Shown here: piece by piece, positions 1 to 9,950 of the stretch | Position numbering within the stretch: position 1 is the first letter of the stretch | How the letters are laid out: each line of letters opens with the position of its first letter | Source: Nitrospira sp. | GTDB lineage: Bacteria > Nitrospirota > Nitrospiria > Nitrospirales > Nitrospiraceae | DNA length: 64,000 nucleotides | NCBI GenBank assembly: GCA_035281245.1 | Contig: DATEEH010000119.1 | Span: 20,385-84,384 of the forward strand | Reading direction: 5' to 3' | Position numbers and translations under genes: made by a program | The notes under the pieces: generated by a model | Database searches by the model: none | What the model saw: the letters and a program-made list of their open reading frames with translations, nothing else | What the model was told of the DNA's origin: nothing

Positions 1-588
1 TACCCGCCGGTCGAGATCAAAGACCTGCCGGTGCACGCACAAATCGTTCGCAGCTCACCTCTGCAGGGTAATGATGCGATGTATCGCGTGTTTGTGCAGG
101 CCATCTCCTCGGCGCGCACGTCCATCATGATTTCCACGCCGTATTTGATACCAGGCGAGCAGCTCACCGGTGCATTGTTGGACGCTGCTCGACGGGGAGT
201 CCGCGTCCGGGTGCTGATTCCGAGCGTGGAGAATGGCGAGGGAGTCGAATTTGTCACCCAAGCGTCTCAACGTGACGTGTTCGGCCCTTTGTTGGACGGC
301 GGCATTCAACTGCATGAGTACTCGCCCGCCCTCCTTCACACCAAAATGATGATCATCGACGGTGCCTGGGCGACCGTCGGGAGTGCAAACTTCGATAATC
401 GCTCCATGGCGATGAACGACGAGCTGAACGTGATGATCTACGATCAGTCCATTGCCAAGCGCTTGGAAGAGATTTTCGTCGAGGACGTATCCCAGTCCAC
501 CAAGCTCACGCGGGAGAAATTAGAAAACCGGCAATGGCTCCACCGCGCACTGAGCGTGCTGCTGAGTCCGTTTCATGCCTGGTTTTGA
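1..588 (+). CDS. cls: Cardiolipin synthase / phospholipase-D family protein, C-terminal part (5' end lies outside window)
   Basis: Frame 1 is open from base 1. HKD motif 'HTKMMIIDGAWATVGSANFDNRS'. Stop at 586-588. Confidence 0.85.
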   Translation, partial: YPPVEIKDLPVHAQIVRSSPLQGNDAMYRVFVQAISSARTSIMISTPYLIPGEQLTGALLDAARRGVRVRVLIPSVENGEGVEFVTQASQRDVFGPLLDGGIQLHEYSPALLHTKMMIIDGAWATVGSANFDNRSMAMNDELNVMIYDQSIAKRLEEIFVEDVSQSTKLTREKLENRQWLHRALSVLLSPFHAWF

Positions 589-593
589 GCACG

Positions 594-3203
594 CTATTCT
601 TCTCGTAATCCCTCGCCGACCGGCTGTCGAGCGGCCCACCGGGCAGGCAGGTAGCCTGCCATCCATGCCGCCCCGATGGCCAACAACACCGCCTGGAGCA
701 GCACTTCCATCGGGATCATCATGCGGATCGTCCATCCGAACGATTGTTTATTGATGACGGCGATGAGCACCCAGGCCAGTGCAAGACCTCCCAGAACGCC
801 CAACAGAGCGCCGATCACTCCTAAATAGACCGCCTCCCACAGGACCAAGCGCTCGACCTGCCTCCCACTGGCCCCGATGGCGCGCAGTGTGGCCAACTCG
901 CGCCGTCGCTCCAGCACGGCCGTCACCAGGGTGTTCACGATCCCGAGGACGGCGACGAAGACCGCGATCGCTTCCAGCACATAGGTCAGGATGAAAGTCC
1001 GGTCAAAGATGTTCAGGATCTCCCGTCGAAGCTCCCCATTATTCACCAGGAGCGGCGGAGCCATCGAGGCCTGATTGAGCGCTTGAGTCACCGAACGTTT
1101 GACCCGCTCTTGATCGGCATCAGGATTGAGATACAGCGCGAACACCGTGATACGGTCATCATTCCAAAACCGACGATACATCGATCGCTCCATCACAATC
1201 TTTCCCCCGTCGGTCGCGTAGTCGTAGAAGATCCCTTCAACGACGACTGTCTGTGGTCCTAATGGAGTCGTGATGGTCACGCTTCCACCCCGCTGCAGTC
1301 CCAACCGGTTGGCCAGCACTTCTGAGACGACCACCCCACCGCTGTCGGCCGCCCGCCTGAGGACGGTGGCCCATTCTTCGTCGACCATCAAATAACGCCC
1401 ACGCTCCGCATGAAGCCGCAGATTCCTGGACACCAGTGCTGCCGGCTGTCCGTTCGCCTGGACTTGGACATCGCGATAGGTGTCTACTGCCGCCACGCCA
1501 TCAATGGATGTGAGGGTGCCAAGCCACGAGCCGGGCAAGGTTCTCGACGCATGCCCCACCTGCTTCCCGTGCAACCAGGCCGGTGGCGCAATGATGAGAT
1601 CGGCCATCACCGTCTGATCGACCCACGCCTCGACGGTGTGACGAAAACTGCGTACCATCACGACGACTCCGATCATGATGGCGAGTCCGACCAGCAATGC
1701 GGACACCGTCACGGCGTTTCGCCCGGGATGACGCGCCGCATGATCGGCCGCCATTCGCTTGAGATTTCCAGATATCGCCGGCACCATCTGTCCTCTCTGT
1801 TGCATCGACCACCGCAGCGCAGCAATACAGACAGGGGAGAGAGAGGCAAACGCCCCCAGAAGAAACAGCGTCGCGCCATATCCCAGGATAGGGAGTCCAT
1901 TGATGGGAGGGCCCAAGGCGCAGAGCATGCCAGCCCCCATGAAGACCAGACTCGCGCGTAGATAACGGCCGACCCGTATAGTTTCAGACTGTTCATAATC
2001 GCCAGGCGCAAGCGCCTTGGTCGCGACCGTGCGGCTGGCATCCAGACTGGGTCCGACGGCACCCGCCATGGACACCACGCCGCCGACGAGGATGCCTTCG
2101 CACACAAACGTGAGGCTCTGAAGATCGAGCGTCGTAAACGTCGCCGACGTCAACGGCACATACAGATCGCTGATCGTGCGGCTGACGAGCACCACCAGCC
2201 CTCGAGCCAGCCACAAACCACCAAAGGCTCCGAAGGCGCCGCCGAAACACCCAAACACCCCTGCTTCCAGAAGGAACAGGGCCGCGACACGCCGCTCGGT
2301 CATCCCGAGAGCCCGGTAGATGCCGATTTCACGCCGTCGTTGCGCCACCGAAAAATTCATCGTGTTGTAGACCAGGAACATGCCTACCAGTAATCCGACC
2401 CAACTCAAGACAGCCAGGTTGAGCTGAAACGCTCCCACCATCTTTTCCACCTGGGCTGTGCGTTGAGCCGGTCGTTCAACGACGACAGAGGGAGGGAGCA
2501 CCGCGCGCAGACCGTTGGCAACCTCATCGGCGGTTCGATCACGCGCCGTCACAATTTCCACGCGATCCAGCCTGCCGACCATGTCGAAGGCTAGTTGCGC
2601 GGCAGCGATGTCCATGATCATCACCCGGTTCCAATAGGAGGCGGGTCTATCGCGGCCTTCCACGACGCCGGCCACCCGAAGCCGCAGCAGTCGAGATCCC
2701 GCCCTGACCTCAACCCCACTCCCTTCTCGCAGATTCCATGCGGCACTCAACTCTCGTCCGACGTACACACTGTCCCGTTTCAGCACATCGTTGAACGCCT
2801 CCTCGCGCGCCCCTCGTTCAATCCGAAAGCCAAGCTGTTCGGCTTCTGCCAGCAGATCCAGGCCGTAGACTTGCGCACTCTCCGGACCATACGGACCCTC
2901 CTGCAGGATGAAGGCTTCTTCGATCAAGGGCGACGCCTTGACGACCCCGGGCGCCCTTCGGATTTCGGTGATCAGGGTCTCATCAAGACCAAGATCCTGG
3001 GCTGACACTTCAAGAGTGGCTGGTCCGGCGACCGTCACGACGGCACGCTCAAAGGCACGGAGCACCTCGACGTTGGCCGCTGTAATGGCCACCGACGCCA
3101 AGACTCCCAAGGCCACACCCGTCACGGTAAGGAATGACCGAAATGGTTGTTGAAACGCATGCGCTCGGATCAGCGTTGCTGCAAGGATGAAGAAGGCGGC
3201 CAT
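594..3203 (-). CDS. ABC transporter permease, duplicated FtsX-type (YbbP-like, 869 aa)
   Basis: Two FtsX-like TM blocks, each preceded by a large extracytoplasmic domain. Only long coherent ORF in the region. Confidence 0.85.
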   Translation of the reverse strand: MAAFFILAATLIRAHAFQQPFRSFLTVTGVALGVLASVAITAANVEVLRAFERAVVTVAGPATLEVSAQDLGLDETLITEIRRAPGVVKASPLIEEAFILQEGPYGPESAQVYGLDLLAEAEQLGFRIERGAREEAFNDVLKRDSVYVGRELSAAWNLREGSGVEVRAGSRLLRLRVAGVVEGRDRPASYWNRVMIMDIAAAQLAFDMVGRLDRVEIVTARDRTADEVANGLRAVLPPSVVVERPAQRTAQVEKMVGAFQLNLAVLSWVGLLVGMFLVYNTMNFSVAQRRREIGIYRALGMTERRVAALFLLEAGVFGCFGGAFGAFGGLWLARGLVVLVSRTISDLYVPLTSATFTTLDLQSLTFVCEGILVGGVVSMAGAVGPSLDASRTVATKALAPGDYEQSETIRVGRYLRASLVFMGAGMLCALGPPINGLPILGYGATLFLLGAFASLSPVCIAALRWSMQQRGQMVPAISGNLKRMAADHAARHPGRNAVTVSALLVGLAIMIGVVVMVRSFRHTVEAWVDQTVMADLIIAPPAWLHGKQVGHASRTLPGSWLGTLTSIDGVAAVDTYRDVQVQANGQPAALVSRNLRLHAERGRYLMVDEEWATVLRRAADSGGVVVSEVLANRLGLQRGGSVTITTPLGPQTVVVEGIFYDYATDGGKIVMERSMYRRFWNDDRITVFALYLNPDADQERVKRSVTQALNQASMAPPLLVNNGELRREILNIFDRTFILTYVLEAIAVFVAVLGIVNTLVTAVLERRRELATLRAIGASGRQVERLVLWEAVYLGVIGALLGVLGGLALAWVLIAVINKQSFGWTIRMMIPMEVLLQAVLLAIGAAWMAGYLPARWAARQPVGEGLREE

Positions 3204-3381
3204 TTTCTGAAATTATTACCCAGTAAAAACGCCTAGCTATTTTGACTTGAGTGTCCGCGACATTTCTCAGTATTTATGCGGCAGCAAAGGCACTCTGCAC
3301 AAATCGGCAGTTTCGTTTACAGACTTCCATACCTTTGCTAGACTCGCTTCCAGTTATCGCTGGCAATCGAGGTGGGAAAAC

Positions 3382-3648
3382 ATGAAGACCGCGCTACGAC
3401 GGAAACCTGACACGCTGATCGACGAGCCGGTCGATCTTGATTTGTTGACCCCCCGACAGAGAGACATTCTGCGGCTGGTCTCGGTGGGGCATACGAATCG
3501 CGAAATCGCGAACATGCTGCAAATCAGCGTACGCACCGTGGAAGTGCACCGCTTTAACCTGATGCGAAGGCTGAACGTGCGGAACGTGGCACAGCTGCTC
3601 AGGCGAGCTCTTCAACTCGGTCTACTGTCCAAATCCTTCGGCAAGTAA
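3382..3648 (+). CDS. LuxR/GerE-family HTH regulator, single domain (88 aa)
   Basis: ATG 3382 is preceded by GAGGTGGG. HTH 'LTPRQRDILRLVSVGHTNREIANMLQISVRTVEVHRFNLMRRL'. No receiver or ligand domain. The alternative TTG-start ORF from 3247 is less likely. Confidence 0.75.
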   Translation: MKTALRRKPDTLIDEPVDLDLLTPRQRDILRLVSVGHTNREIANMLQISVRTVEVHRFNLMRRLNVRNVAQLLRRALQLGLLSKSFGK

Positions 3649-3666
3649 CCCCCCGGAACAAGACCC

Positions 3667-4596
3667 TTACTCTAATTCTTTGAGTTTTCCGCGACATTCC
3701 ACTGCGGACCGGTAGCCTTTCCGATCAAGACATTCGGCCAGCTCCTTTTCCAAGCGTGCAAAGACTTGGACCCCTTCCTCTACCAGGGCGGTCCCCACTT
3801 GGACCGCCGAGGCACCACAGAGCAGATGTTCGAACGCATCGACTCCGGTGACGACGCCGCCGGTCCCGATGATCGGCATCTCGCCCTTAAAGTGCTTATA
3901 GAAGGCGCGGACATTGGCCAACGCCACCGGCTTGATGATCGCGCCCCCAAGGCCGCCGAACCCCCCCTTCGGCCTGATCACGACCGTTTCGTCGTCCGGA
4001 TTCACCACGAGCCCGTTTCCAACGGAATTGATCAAATTGAGAAAATCCACGCCGCACCGGGCAATGGCATCGCCTATCAGCTGATGATGCGCCGGGTCAA
4101 AATATGGCGGCAGCTTCACTCCCATGGGGACGGTAATGAGAGGACGCACGCGTTTCATGAGCCGTTCGGAGGCATCGGCATCGTAGCCGATCTGAGGTTT
4201 TCCGGGGAGGTTCGGACAGGAAAGATTCACCTCGATAAGGTCGGGGCCGGCGGCGTTGATCACTCGCGCAATGGTCAGGAAATCGTCTTCGCAAAGGCCT
4301 GCCACGCTGGCGATCACCGGCTTGCCGAACTGTTTCAACTCCGGAATCAGTTTCTCATAGGCACGATAACCGAGATTGGGCAGCCCCATGGAATTGATCG
4401 ATCCTCCGGGAAACCCATAGTAACGAGGCATGGCGTTACCTTGACGGGCCTCGACTGTCATGGACTTCGTGACGATCGCTCCCGACCGGGACCGCCCCAA
4501 GGCCGTTAGTTCCTCACGCGTCACGCATAGGGCGCCGGAGGCATTCATGAAGCAGGCGGGAAATCTCACCCCCGCGATGTTGACCGTGAGATCCAT
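3667..4596 (-). CDS. pyrD: Dihydroorotate dehydrogenase, class 1 (1A-like)
   Basis: 'NASGALCVT', catalytic-Cys loop 'NLSCPNLPGKPQ', 'IIGTGGV'. No pyrK partner adjacent. The start ATG directly abuts the upstream stop (TGAATG). Confidence 0.9.
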   Translation of the reverse strand: MDLTVNIAGVRFPACFMNASGALCVTREELTALGRSRSGAIVTKSMTVEARQGNAMPRYYGFPGGSINSMGLPNLGYRAYEKLIPELKQFGKPVIASVAGLCEDDFLTIARVINAAGPDLIEVNLSCPNLPGKPQIGYDADASERLMKRVRPLITVPMGVKLPPYFDPAHHQLIGDAIARCGVDFLNLINSVGNGLVVNPDDETVVIRPKGGFGGLGGAIIKPVALANVRAFYKHFKGEMPIIGTGGVVTGVDAFEHLLCGASAVQVGTALVEEGVQVFARLEKELAECLDRKGYRSAVECRGKLKELE

Positions 4597-5295
4597 TCAA
4601 ACCCCTCGAGCAGCCGCCGACGGCACCGTTCGCGTCGTGAGCCGCCCGTCCTTCATCGCCCAGATGTAATCGGCAGCTTCCGCAGCGGCGGTACTATGAG
4701 TGACCAGCAAGACCGTGTGGTGGAACTGTTGGACCAAACTCCTGAGCAGCGCGATGATTTCCGCTCCATGATGCGAGTCAAGATTTCCGGTCGGCTCATC
4801 GGCGAGAACAATCTTCGGCTCGTGCACGACCGCCCGTGCGACCGCGACGCGCTGCTGTTCCCCACCCGACAATTCGCTCGGACGATGAGGAGCGCGGTGC
4901 GTCATTCGCACCATCGCCAACACGTCCGTCACGCGTTTTCGAACGGTGGCACCACGTTCCCCGCGCAGGAGCAGTGGAAAAGCGACATTCTCTTCGACCG
5001 TGAGACCCGGGATCAGATGAAAGGCCTGAAAGACAATGCCGATAAAGTGCCGGCGAATTCTCGTCCAATCGTCCGAGCTATAGCCCGAGGTCGATTGTCC
5101 GTCGAGATGGATGGATCCTGACGTTGGAAGATCGAGACCGGCGATCAAATTGAGCAATGTGCTTTTCCCACAGCCGCTTGGGCCAACAAATGCGCAGAAC
5201 GTTCCGGCTGAGACGTCGAGACTGACCTGGTCTACGCCACATATAGGGTCGTTCCCCCGCGTATAGATTTTCGAGACTTCTGTGAGAGTGACCAT
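4597..5295 (-). CDS. ABC transporter ATP-binding protein (LolD/MacB-like clade)
   Basis: Walker A 'GPSGCGKST', signature 'LSGGEQQR', Walker B '[12 protein letters not shown]'. Confidence 0.9.
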   Translation of the reverse strand: MVTLTEVSKIYTRGNDPICGVDQVSLDVSAGTFCAFVGPSGCGKSTLLNLIAGLDLPTSGSIHLDGQSTSGYSSDDWTRIRRHFIGIVFQAFHLIPGLTVEENVAFPLLLRGERGATVRKRVTDVLAMVRMTHRAPHRPSELSGGEQQRVAVARAVVHEPKIVLADEPTGNLDSHHGAEIIALLRSLVQQFHHTVLLVTHSTAAAEAADYIWAMKDGRLTTRTVPSAAARGV

Positions 5296-5392
5296 CGGCG
5301 GATTCGAACCATTCGCGATTAGTTTCGTATATCACACCATTTCGTGACCCCACAACCTTGACAGCCATCGCCGGTTCCCCTAACGTGCCGCC

Positions 5393-6208
5393 ATGCCATC
5401 TCGCCTGTTCGGCGTACGAGGGTTGTGCCGGCTGGCGCTCCGCGCCGTGCTTCCTGTCGATTGCATCAGTTGTGCGCAGCCTCTGCGCATGGATGCCATT
5501 CCCCATTTCTGTGATTGCTGCTGGACGAGAATCGCACCGCTCACCGGTCCCCGTTGTTCCAGCTGTGATCAACCCTTTGCTTCGAAGCACGCAACCTCCA
5601 GGACGCCGGCTCACCGTTGCCAACAGTGTCTCGAGCGGCCGCCCGCCTATGATCGGGCGTGGACGCTTTATCCGTATCTCCCGCCGCTTCAGGACGCGAT
5701 CTGTGCGCTCAAGTATCGAAAGCTTTTTGGCCTGGCGGATTGCCTCTCAAAATTGATGATTCGCGCCTTACCGCCACAGCTCACCGCGGACGTGATCGTG
5801 CCAGTACCGCTGCATCCTTCGCGACTGCGCGCTCGTGAATTCAACCAATCCCTTCTGATGGCCGATCGAGTCGGGCGCCACCTCGTGCGGCCGGTATCCA
5901 CAACGAGTCTGGAACGCACTGTCGCGACGGAATCCCAAACGTCCCTCACAAGGTCGGAGCGTCTTCGGAACTTGCGCCACGCATTCGTGGTCTGCGATGC
6001 GAAGCCTGTTGACGGCCGTTGTGTCCTGCTCATCGACGATGTGTTCACCACGGGCACGACGCTCAATGAGTGCGCCAAGGCGTTGCGCTCGGCCGGCGCC
6101 GCTTCAGTCCTGGCTCTCACGCTGGCCCGGACGATTGACTCAAGCCTCGTACCCGACAGGTGCCTCGCAGAACACGGACAGCGCTGGTTCACCGCAACAA
6201 GGAGTTGA
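5393..6208 (+). CDS. comF: ComF-family phosphoribosyltransferase-domain protein
   Basis: N-terminal Cys-rich zinc-finger region (CxxC...CxxC). PRTase motif 'VLLIDDVFTTGTT'. Confidence 0.8.
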   Translation: MPSRLFGVRGLCRLALRAVLPVDCISCAQPLRMDAIPHFCDCCWTRIAPLTGPRCSSCDQPFASKHATSRTPAHRCQQCLERPPAYDRAWTLYPYLPPLQDAICALKYRKLFGLADCLSKLMIRALPPQLTADVIVPVPLHPSRLRAREFNQSLLMADRVGRHLVRPVSTTSLERTVATESQTSLTRSERLRNLRHAFVVCDAKPVDGRCVLLIDDVFTTGTTLNECAKALRSAGAASVLALTLARTIDSSLVPDRCLAEHGQRWFTATRS

Positions 6209-6211
6209 GCC

Positions 6212-6556
6212 GTGCCGATCTACGAGTATCGGTGTCTGGATTGTCTGAAGCGAAGTAGTATTCTCCAGTTGAGCCGTTCGACGTCTGATCCGCCCCGATG
6301 CATGCATTGCCAAAGCGCAAGGCTCGAGCGGTTGCTGTCTCGGTTCGCGTCTCCCAAATCGGACGAGGCGAGAATGGAGTCCTTGGCCGATGACGACGCG
6401 TTAGCCGGCCTTGACGAACAAGATCCAGAGAGCATGGAGCGTGTGATGAGGCACATGGGGAATGAGATGGGCGAGGATTTTGGCCAGGATATGGCCGAAG
6501 CTATGGATTCTCCGGAAGAAAATGATCCAGGCCTGGACGACTCTGACGGGCTATGA
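6212..6556 (+). CDS. FmdB-family zinc-ribbon protein
   Basis: 'MPIYEYRCLDC...CMHC' CxxC-CxxC ribbon with an acidic C-terminal tail. GTG start 4 nt after the comF stop. Confidence 0.75.
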   Translation: MPIYEYRCLDCLKRSSILQLSRSTSDPPRCMHCQSARLERLLSRFASPKSDEARMESLADDDALAGLDEQDPESMERVMRHMGNEMGEDFGQDMAEAMDSPEENDPGLDDSDGL

Positions 6557-6574
6557 CATATATTGTCATATAAT
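6554..6574 (+). promoter_or_regulatory. Perfect palindrome TGACA-TATAT-TGTCA fused to a TATAAT hexamer (candidate operator/-10)
   Basis: TGACATATATTGTCA at 6554-6568, immediately followed by TATAAT at 6569-6574. TTGACA at 6580-6585. Lies upstream of the HTH-mraZ-rusA genes. Confidence 0.35.
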
Positions 6575-6659
6575 TTCACTTGACAGATCTCTTTGATTTT
6601 ATTAGCCTCAGGCAATCTGGAGCCGACCAATCCTATGGCGAACTTGCGATGGCTGTCCC

Positions 6660-6857
6660 ATGGTGAGAGAGTCCAAGAGCGAGTTGATGACGGCCGAAGA
6701 GACTTGCCGCTACCTCAAGATTACCCAACGCACACTCTACCGCTACTTGCAGAACCATCAGATTCCCGCCTTCAAGCTTGGGAAAGAATGGCGATTCGTA
6801 CGCTCGGATCTAGAGCAATGGATCCGCGAGCGGACCAGAGGCCCATTCGCCTCATAA
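6660..6857 (+). CDS. Excisionase/MerR-superfamily helix-turn-helix DNA-binding protein (65 aa)
   Basis: 'ETCRYLKITQRTLYRYLQNHQIPAFKLGKEWRFVRSDLEQWI' matches the excisionase-type HTH pattern. Confidence 0.7.
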   Translation: MVRESKSELMTAEETCRYLKITQRTLYRYLQNHQIPAFKLGKEWRFVRSDLEQWIRERTRGPFAS

Positions 6858-6873
6858 AGGAGACCTGCCACTG

Positions 6874-7314
6874 ATGTTTGCGGGCGAATACCTCTGCAAG
6901 GTGGATGAAAAGGGACGGTTTATTGTTCCGTCACCTATCCGAGAACAGATCGAATCCCAAGGACAAGCGGTGGTCTTTTTGAAGGGCCCCGAGCAGTCCA
7001 TCCTGATCTACTCCATGAAGGAATGGGAAAAGGTGCTCGAGCGCACCAAAGGCACGCTCGACGAGGAGCAAAGCCGTCTCTTTATGCATTTCGTCGTTTC
7101 GGAGGCCGGCACTTCGGAAATCGACAAGGCCGGCCGGATCTTGATCCCGGGAAAGTTGCGAAAACTGGTCCCGCTGGATGACGATCAGGAAATCATTCTC
7201 GTCGGTCTTTACCACCGCATGGAAATCTGGAACCCCAGCGAGTGGCGGCGCTACATAGCACGTTCCGAAGATCGCTACGAACAAAACATGGCCAAGATCC
7301 TCAATCTCTTATAA
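6874..7314 (+). CDS. mraZ: Transcriptional regulator MraZ
   Basis: Two MraZ repeats with DxxxR motifs, 'VDEKGRFIVP' and 'IDKAGRILIP'. 146 aa. Confidence 0.85.
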   Translation: MFAGEYLCKVDEKGRFIVPSPIREQIESQGQAVVFLKGPEQSILIYSMKEWEKVLERTKGTLDEEQSRLFMHFVVSEAGTSEIDKAGRILIPGKLRKLVPLDDDQEIILVGLYHRMEIWNPSEWRRYIARSEDRYEQNMAKILNLL

Positions 7315-7345
7315 GACGCGGGGCCTGTTACACGTTCGCAACTCT

Positions 7346-7894
7346 ATGCCCAGGTACCGCCGCTCCATTCACCTTCCGGCCTCAAAACTTCCGCTTCATC
7401 TGAATGGTTCTCATCGCCTCACTCCCCCGAGTACGAATGGGCGCACTGCCAGGCGACCGTCGACATCATTGAAATCCACTGTTCCTCCGTTGCTCCTTGA
7501 TCGTGAGAAGCAGAGGATCGCATTGACCCTGCCCATCCCTCCAAGCATTAATCACCAGTATGCCACCGTGAACGGTCGCCGCCTGCTCTCCTCGACCGGC
7601 CGTTCATACAAGGCCCAGGTAGGACAACTGATCTGGTTGACGTTGACGGCGTTTCCGCATCGGGCTGCGCTGTTGTATCACCTGCAGTCCAGCTGTTTAG
7701 CCCTGTCGATCCGCTTCTATTTTACGTCCGCGTTGCGACGGGATGTGGATGGGGGACTGAAGATCGCCCAGGATGCCCTGTGCGAGGGGTTGGGATTGAA
7801 CGATAACCGCATCATCGAAACACACTTGTACAAACACGTCGACCGGGCAAACCCGCGCATCGAGGTCTTCCTGGCCCCTGCGTATCTTTCTTAA
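7346..7894 (+). CDS. rusA: RusA-family Holliday-junction resolvase-like protein (start uncertain)
   Basis: 'LTLPIPPSINHQY', 'RRDVDGGLKIAQDAL' and 'LNDNRI' align with RusA core motifs. The first ~55 residues look non-native and there is no clear RBS. Confidence 0.6.
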   Translation: MPRYRRSIHLPASKLPLHLNGSHRLTPPSTNGRTARRPSTSLKSTVPPLLLDREKQRIALTLPIPPSINHQYATVNGRRLLSSTGRSYKAQVGQLIWLTLTAFPHRAALLYHLQSSCLALSIRFYFTSALRRDVDGGLKIAQDALCEGLGLNDNRIIETHLYKHVDRANPRIEVFLAPAYLS

Positions 7895-7929
7895 TCGACC
7901 CGCACGAAACGATCGATTCTCCGACCGTC

Positions 7930-9165
7930 TCATTCGTACCGTAAGGCATCGATGGGATTGAGCCGCGACGCTTTGTTGGCGGGATACAGGCCGAAGAAAA
8001 GCCCGACCGCGAGCGAGAACACGAACGCCACAACGATGACATCGGTCGAGATGACCGTGGGCCACCCGGCCACGACCGTCGTGAGCTTTGCGCCGATGAC
8101 GCCCAATATGATGCCCAAGATGCCTCCCGAAAGACTGAGCGTCATGGCTTCGATGAGGAATTGCATCAGGACGTGGACGCGCTTTGCTCCCACCGCCATA
8201 CGGACGCCTATTTCCCTGGTCCGCTCCGTCACAGAGACGAGCAGGATATTCATGATGCCGATTCCGCCCACCAACAGTGAGACGGACGCGATGGAAAACA
8301 GCATTATCGTCAATGTTTGGCTGGTTCCCTCCTGAACCTTTCCGATATCCACCTGGGTTTTGACCGTAAAGTCGTCATGCTGCTCACTCTGCAGACGATG
8401 ACGGCCGCGAAGCACCTCGCGGATGCGATCGACGGCTTCGGGGAGATCCTCCGCACGATCGGTCGATGCGAACATCGCTCCGACAGAACCCAGAAACGCC
8501 GTGCCGAATACCTTGCGCTCCGCCGTCGTGAATGGAATAAAGATGACGTCGTCCTGGTCGGAGCCTTGAGCCGATTGGCCCTTGGGAGTCAGAACCCCGA
8601 CGACGCGGAATGGAACATTCTTGATCCGGATGACGGCTCCCACCGGCTCTTCCCCTTCATCGAAGAGGTTGTCCACGATGGTTTGGCCGATGAGCGCCAC
8701 ACGCGCGGCGCTGTCGAGATCAGGCTGTGTAAAGGCCCCTCCGCTGGAAAACGACCAGTCTCGAATCGCGAGGTAGCCGGGCGAGACCCCATTGACCGGA
8801 CCGTTCCAGTTCCGGTTCCCATTCACGATTTGCATCACCTCTCTCCTGGCCCATCCGGTTTCTGCAAGCAGGGGAATCTTTTTTTTCAGATCTAACGCGT
8901 CGGCGACCGTCAAGGTCACGGCACCGCCTTGACCGCCCCGGACACCGCCCACCGTCGTGGCCCCGGGCCAAACGATGATGACATTGGTGCCCATCGTCGC
9001 GATTTGGGCTTGCACTGCCCTCTTCGCTCCTTCCCCGATACCGACCATGGCAATCATCGCTCCGACTCCAATGATGACGCCCAACATCGTCAGGCCGGCG
9101 CGCAACCGATTGCGGGCGAGGATTCGTAAGGCGGTGAGGACAGTCATCCAGACAAATGCCGGCAT
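7930..9165 (-). CDS. MacB-type ABC efflux permease (FtsX family)
   Basis: N-terminal TM, MacB-like periplasmic core, C-terminal FtsX 3-TM block. 411 aa. Confidence 0.9.
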   Translation of the reverse strand: MPAFVWMTVLTALRILARNRLRAGLTMLGVIIGVGAMIAMVGIGEGAKRAVQAQIATMGTNVIIVWPGATTVGGVRGGQGGAVTLTVADALDLKKKIPLLAETGWARREVMQIVNGNRNWNGPVNGVSPGYLAIRDWSFSSGGAFTQPDLDSAARVALIGQTIVDNLFDEGEEPVGAVIRIKNVPFRVVGVLTPKGQSAQGSDQDDVIFIPFTTAERKVFGTAFLGSVGAMFASTDRAEDLPEAVDRIREVLRGRHRLQSEQHDDFTVKTQVDIGKVQEGTSQTLTIMLFSIASVSLLVGGIGIMNILLVSVTERTREIGVRMAVGAKRVHVLMQFLIEAMTLSLSGGILGIILGVIGAKLTTVVAGWPTVISTDVIVVAFVFSLAVGLFFGLYPANKASRLNPIDALRYE

Positions 9166-9876
9166 TCAGACCTCGACGCGTCCCGCTGTCCGCCTGGTCA
9201 CATGATCGCTCAACACCTGGCCGTCTTTCAGTAAGATCTCCCGGCGGGCATATGCGGCGATGTCGGCGTCGTGCGTCACAAGGATCACCGTGAGCCCTTC
9301 CTGATTGAGCCCTTCCAGGATCCTCATGATTTCTCCGCTCGATTCGGTATCGAGGTTGCCGGTCGGCTCGTCCGCCAGCAAAAGGGACGGGGCAGTGATC
9401 AGTGCGCGGGCAATGGCCACGCGCTGCTGTTGGCCGCCTGACAACTGGGAGGGGAAATGATGCTCTCTCCCGCCGAGGCCGACCCGCGTGAGCGCCGCCG
9501 CGGCCTTCGCTCGTTGCTCGGCAAGCGGTAGTCCTCGGTAAAACAAGGGAAGCTGTGCATTTTCCAGAGCGCTGGTGCGCGGGATCAGATTGAAGCTTTG
9601 AAACACGAAACCGATTTGGCGGTTGCGAATCTCAGCCAATTGATCGAAACCCAGTTTGCTGACCTCGAGGCCAGCCAGCCGATACTGACCCTCGGTCGGC
9701 TGGTCCAGACATCCCAGGATGTTCAACAAGGTGGATTTCCCGGATCCGGACGATCCCATCACGGCCACAAATTCGCCTTGTGCAATCGTCAGACTGAGCC
9801 GTCTCAAGGCATTGATCTCCACATCTCCCACGCGATATCGCTTCCAGATGCGGTCGCATTCGATGAGCCTGCTCAT
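9166..9876 (-). CDS. ABC transporter ATP-binding protein (MacB-type ATPase, separate polypeptide)
   Basis: 'GSSGSGKST', 'LSGGQQQR', '[12 protein letters not shown]'. Directly abuts the permease gene. Confidence 0.9.
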   Translation of the reverse strand: MSRLIECDRIWKRYRVGDVEINALRRLSLTIAQGEFVAVMGSSGSGKSTLLNILGCLDQPTEGQYRLAGLEVSKLGFDQLAEIRNRQIGFVFQSFNLIPRTSALENAQLPLFYRGLPLAEQRAKAAAALTRVGLGGREHHFPSQLSGGQQQRVAIARALITAPSLLLADEPTGNLDTESSGEIMRILEGLNQEGLTVILVTHDADIAAYARREILLKDGQVLSDHVTRRTAGRVEV

Positions 9877-9950
9877 AGATCGATCAATCGGATGTGCTGA
9901 GGCCGGTTCATTAAGGCGGGAAGAGCTATCTCCTTCACAGAGAGAGCCGG

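Noticed and set aside
6593-7894. Calling this region a prophage or integrative element
   Set aside because: Only an excisionase-type HTH gene and a RusA-like gene hint at phage origin. There is no integrase, terminase or structural gene, no flanking tRNA, no direct-repeat att sites, and no obvious compositional shift.
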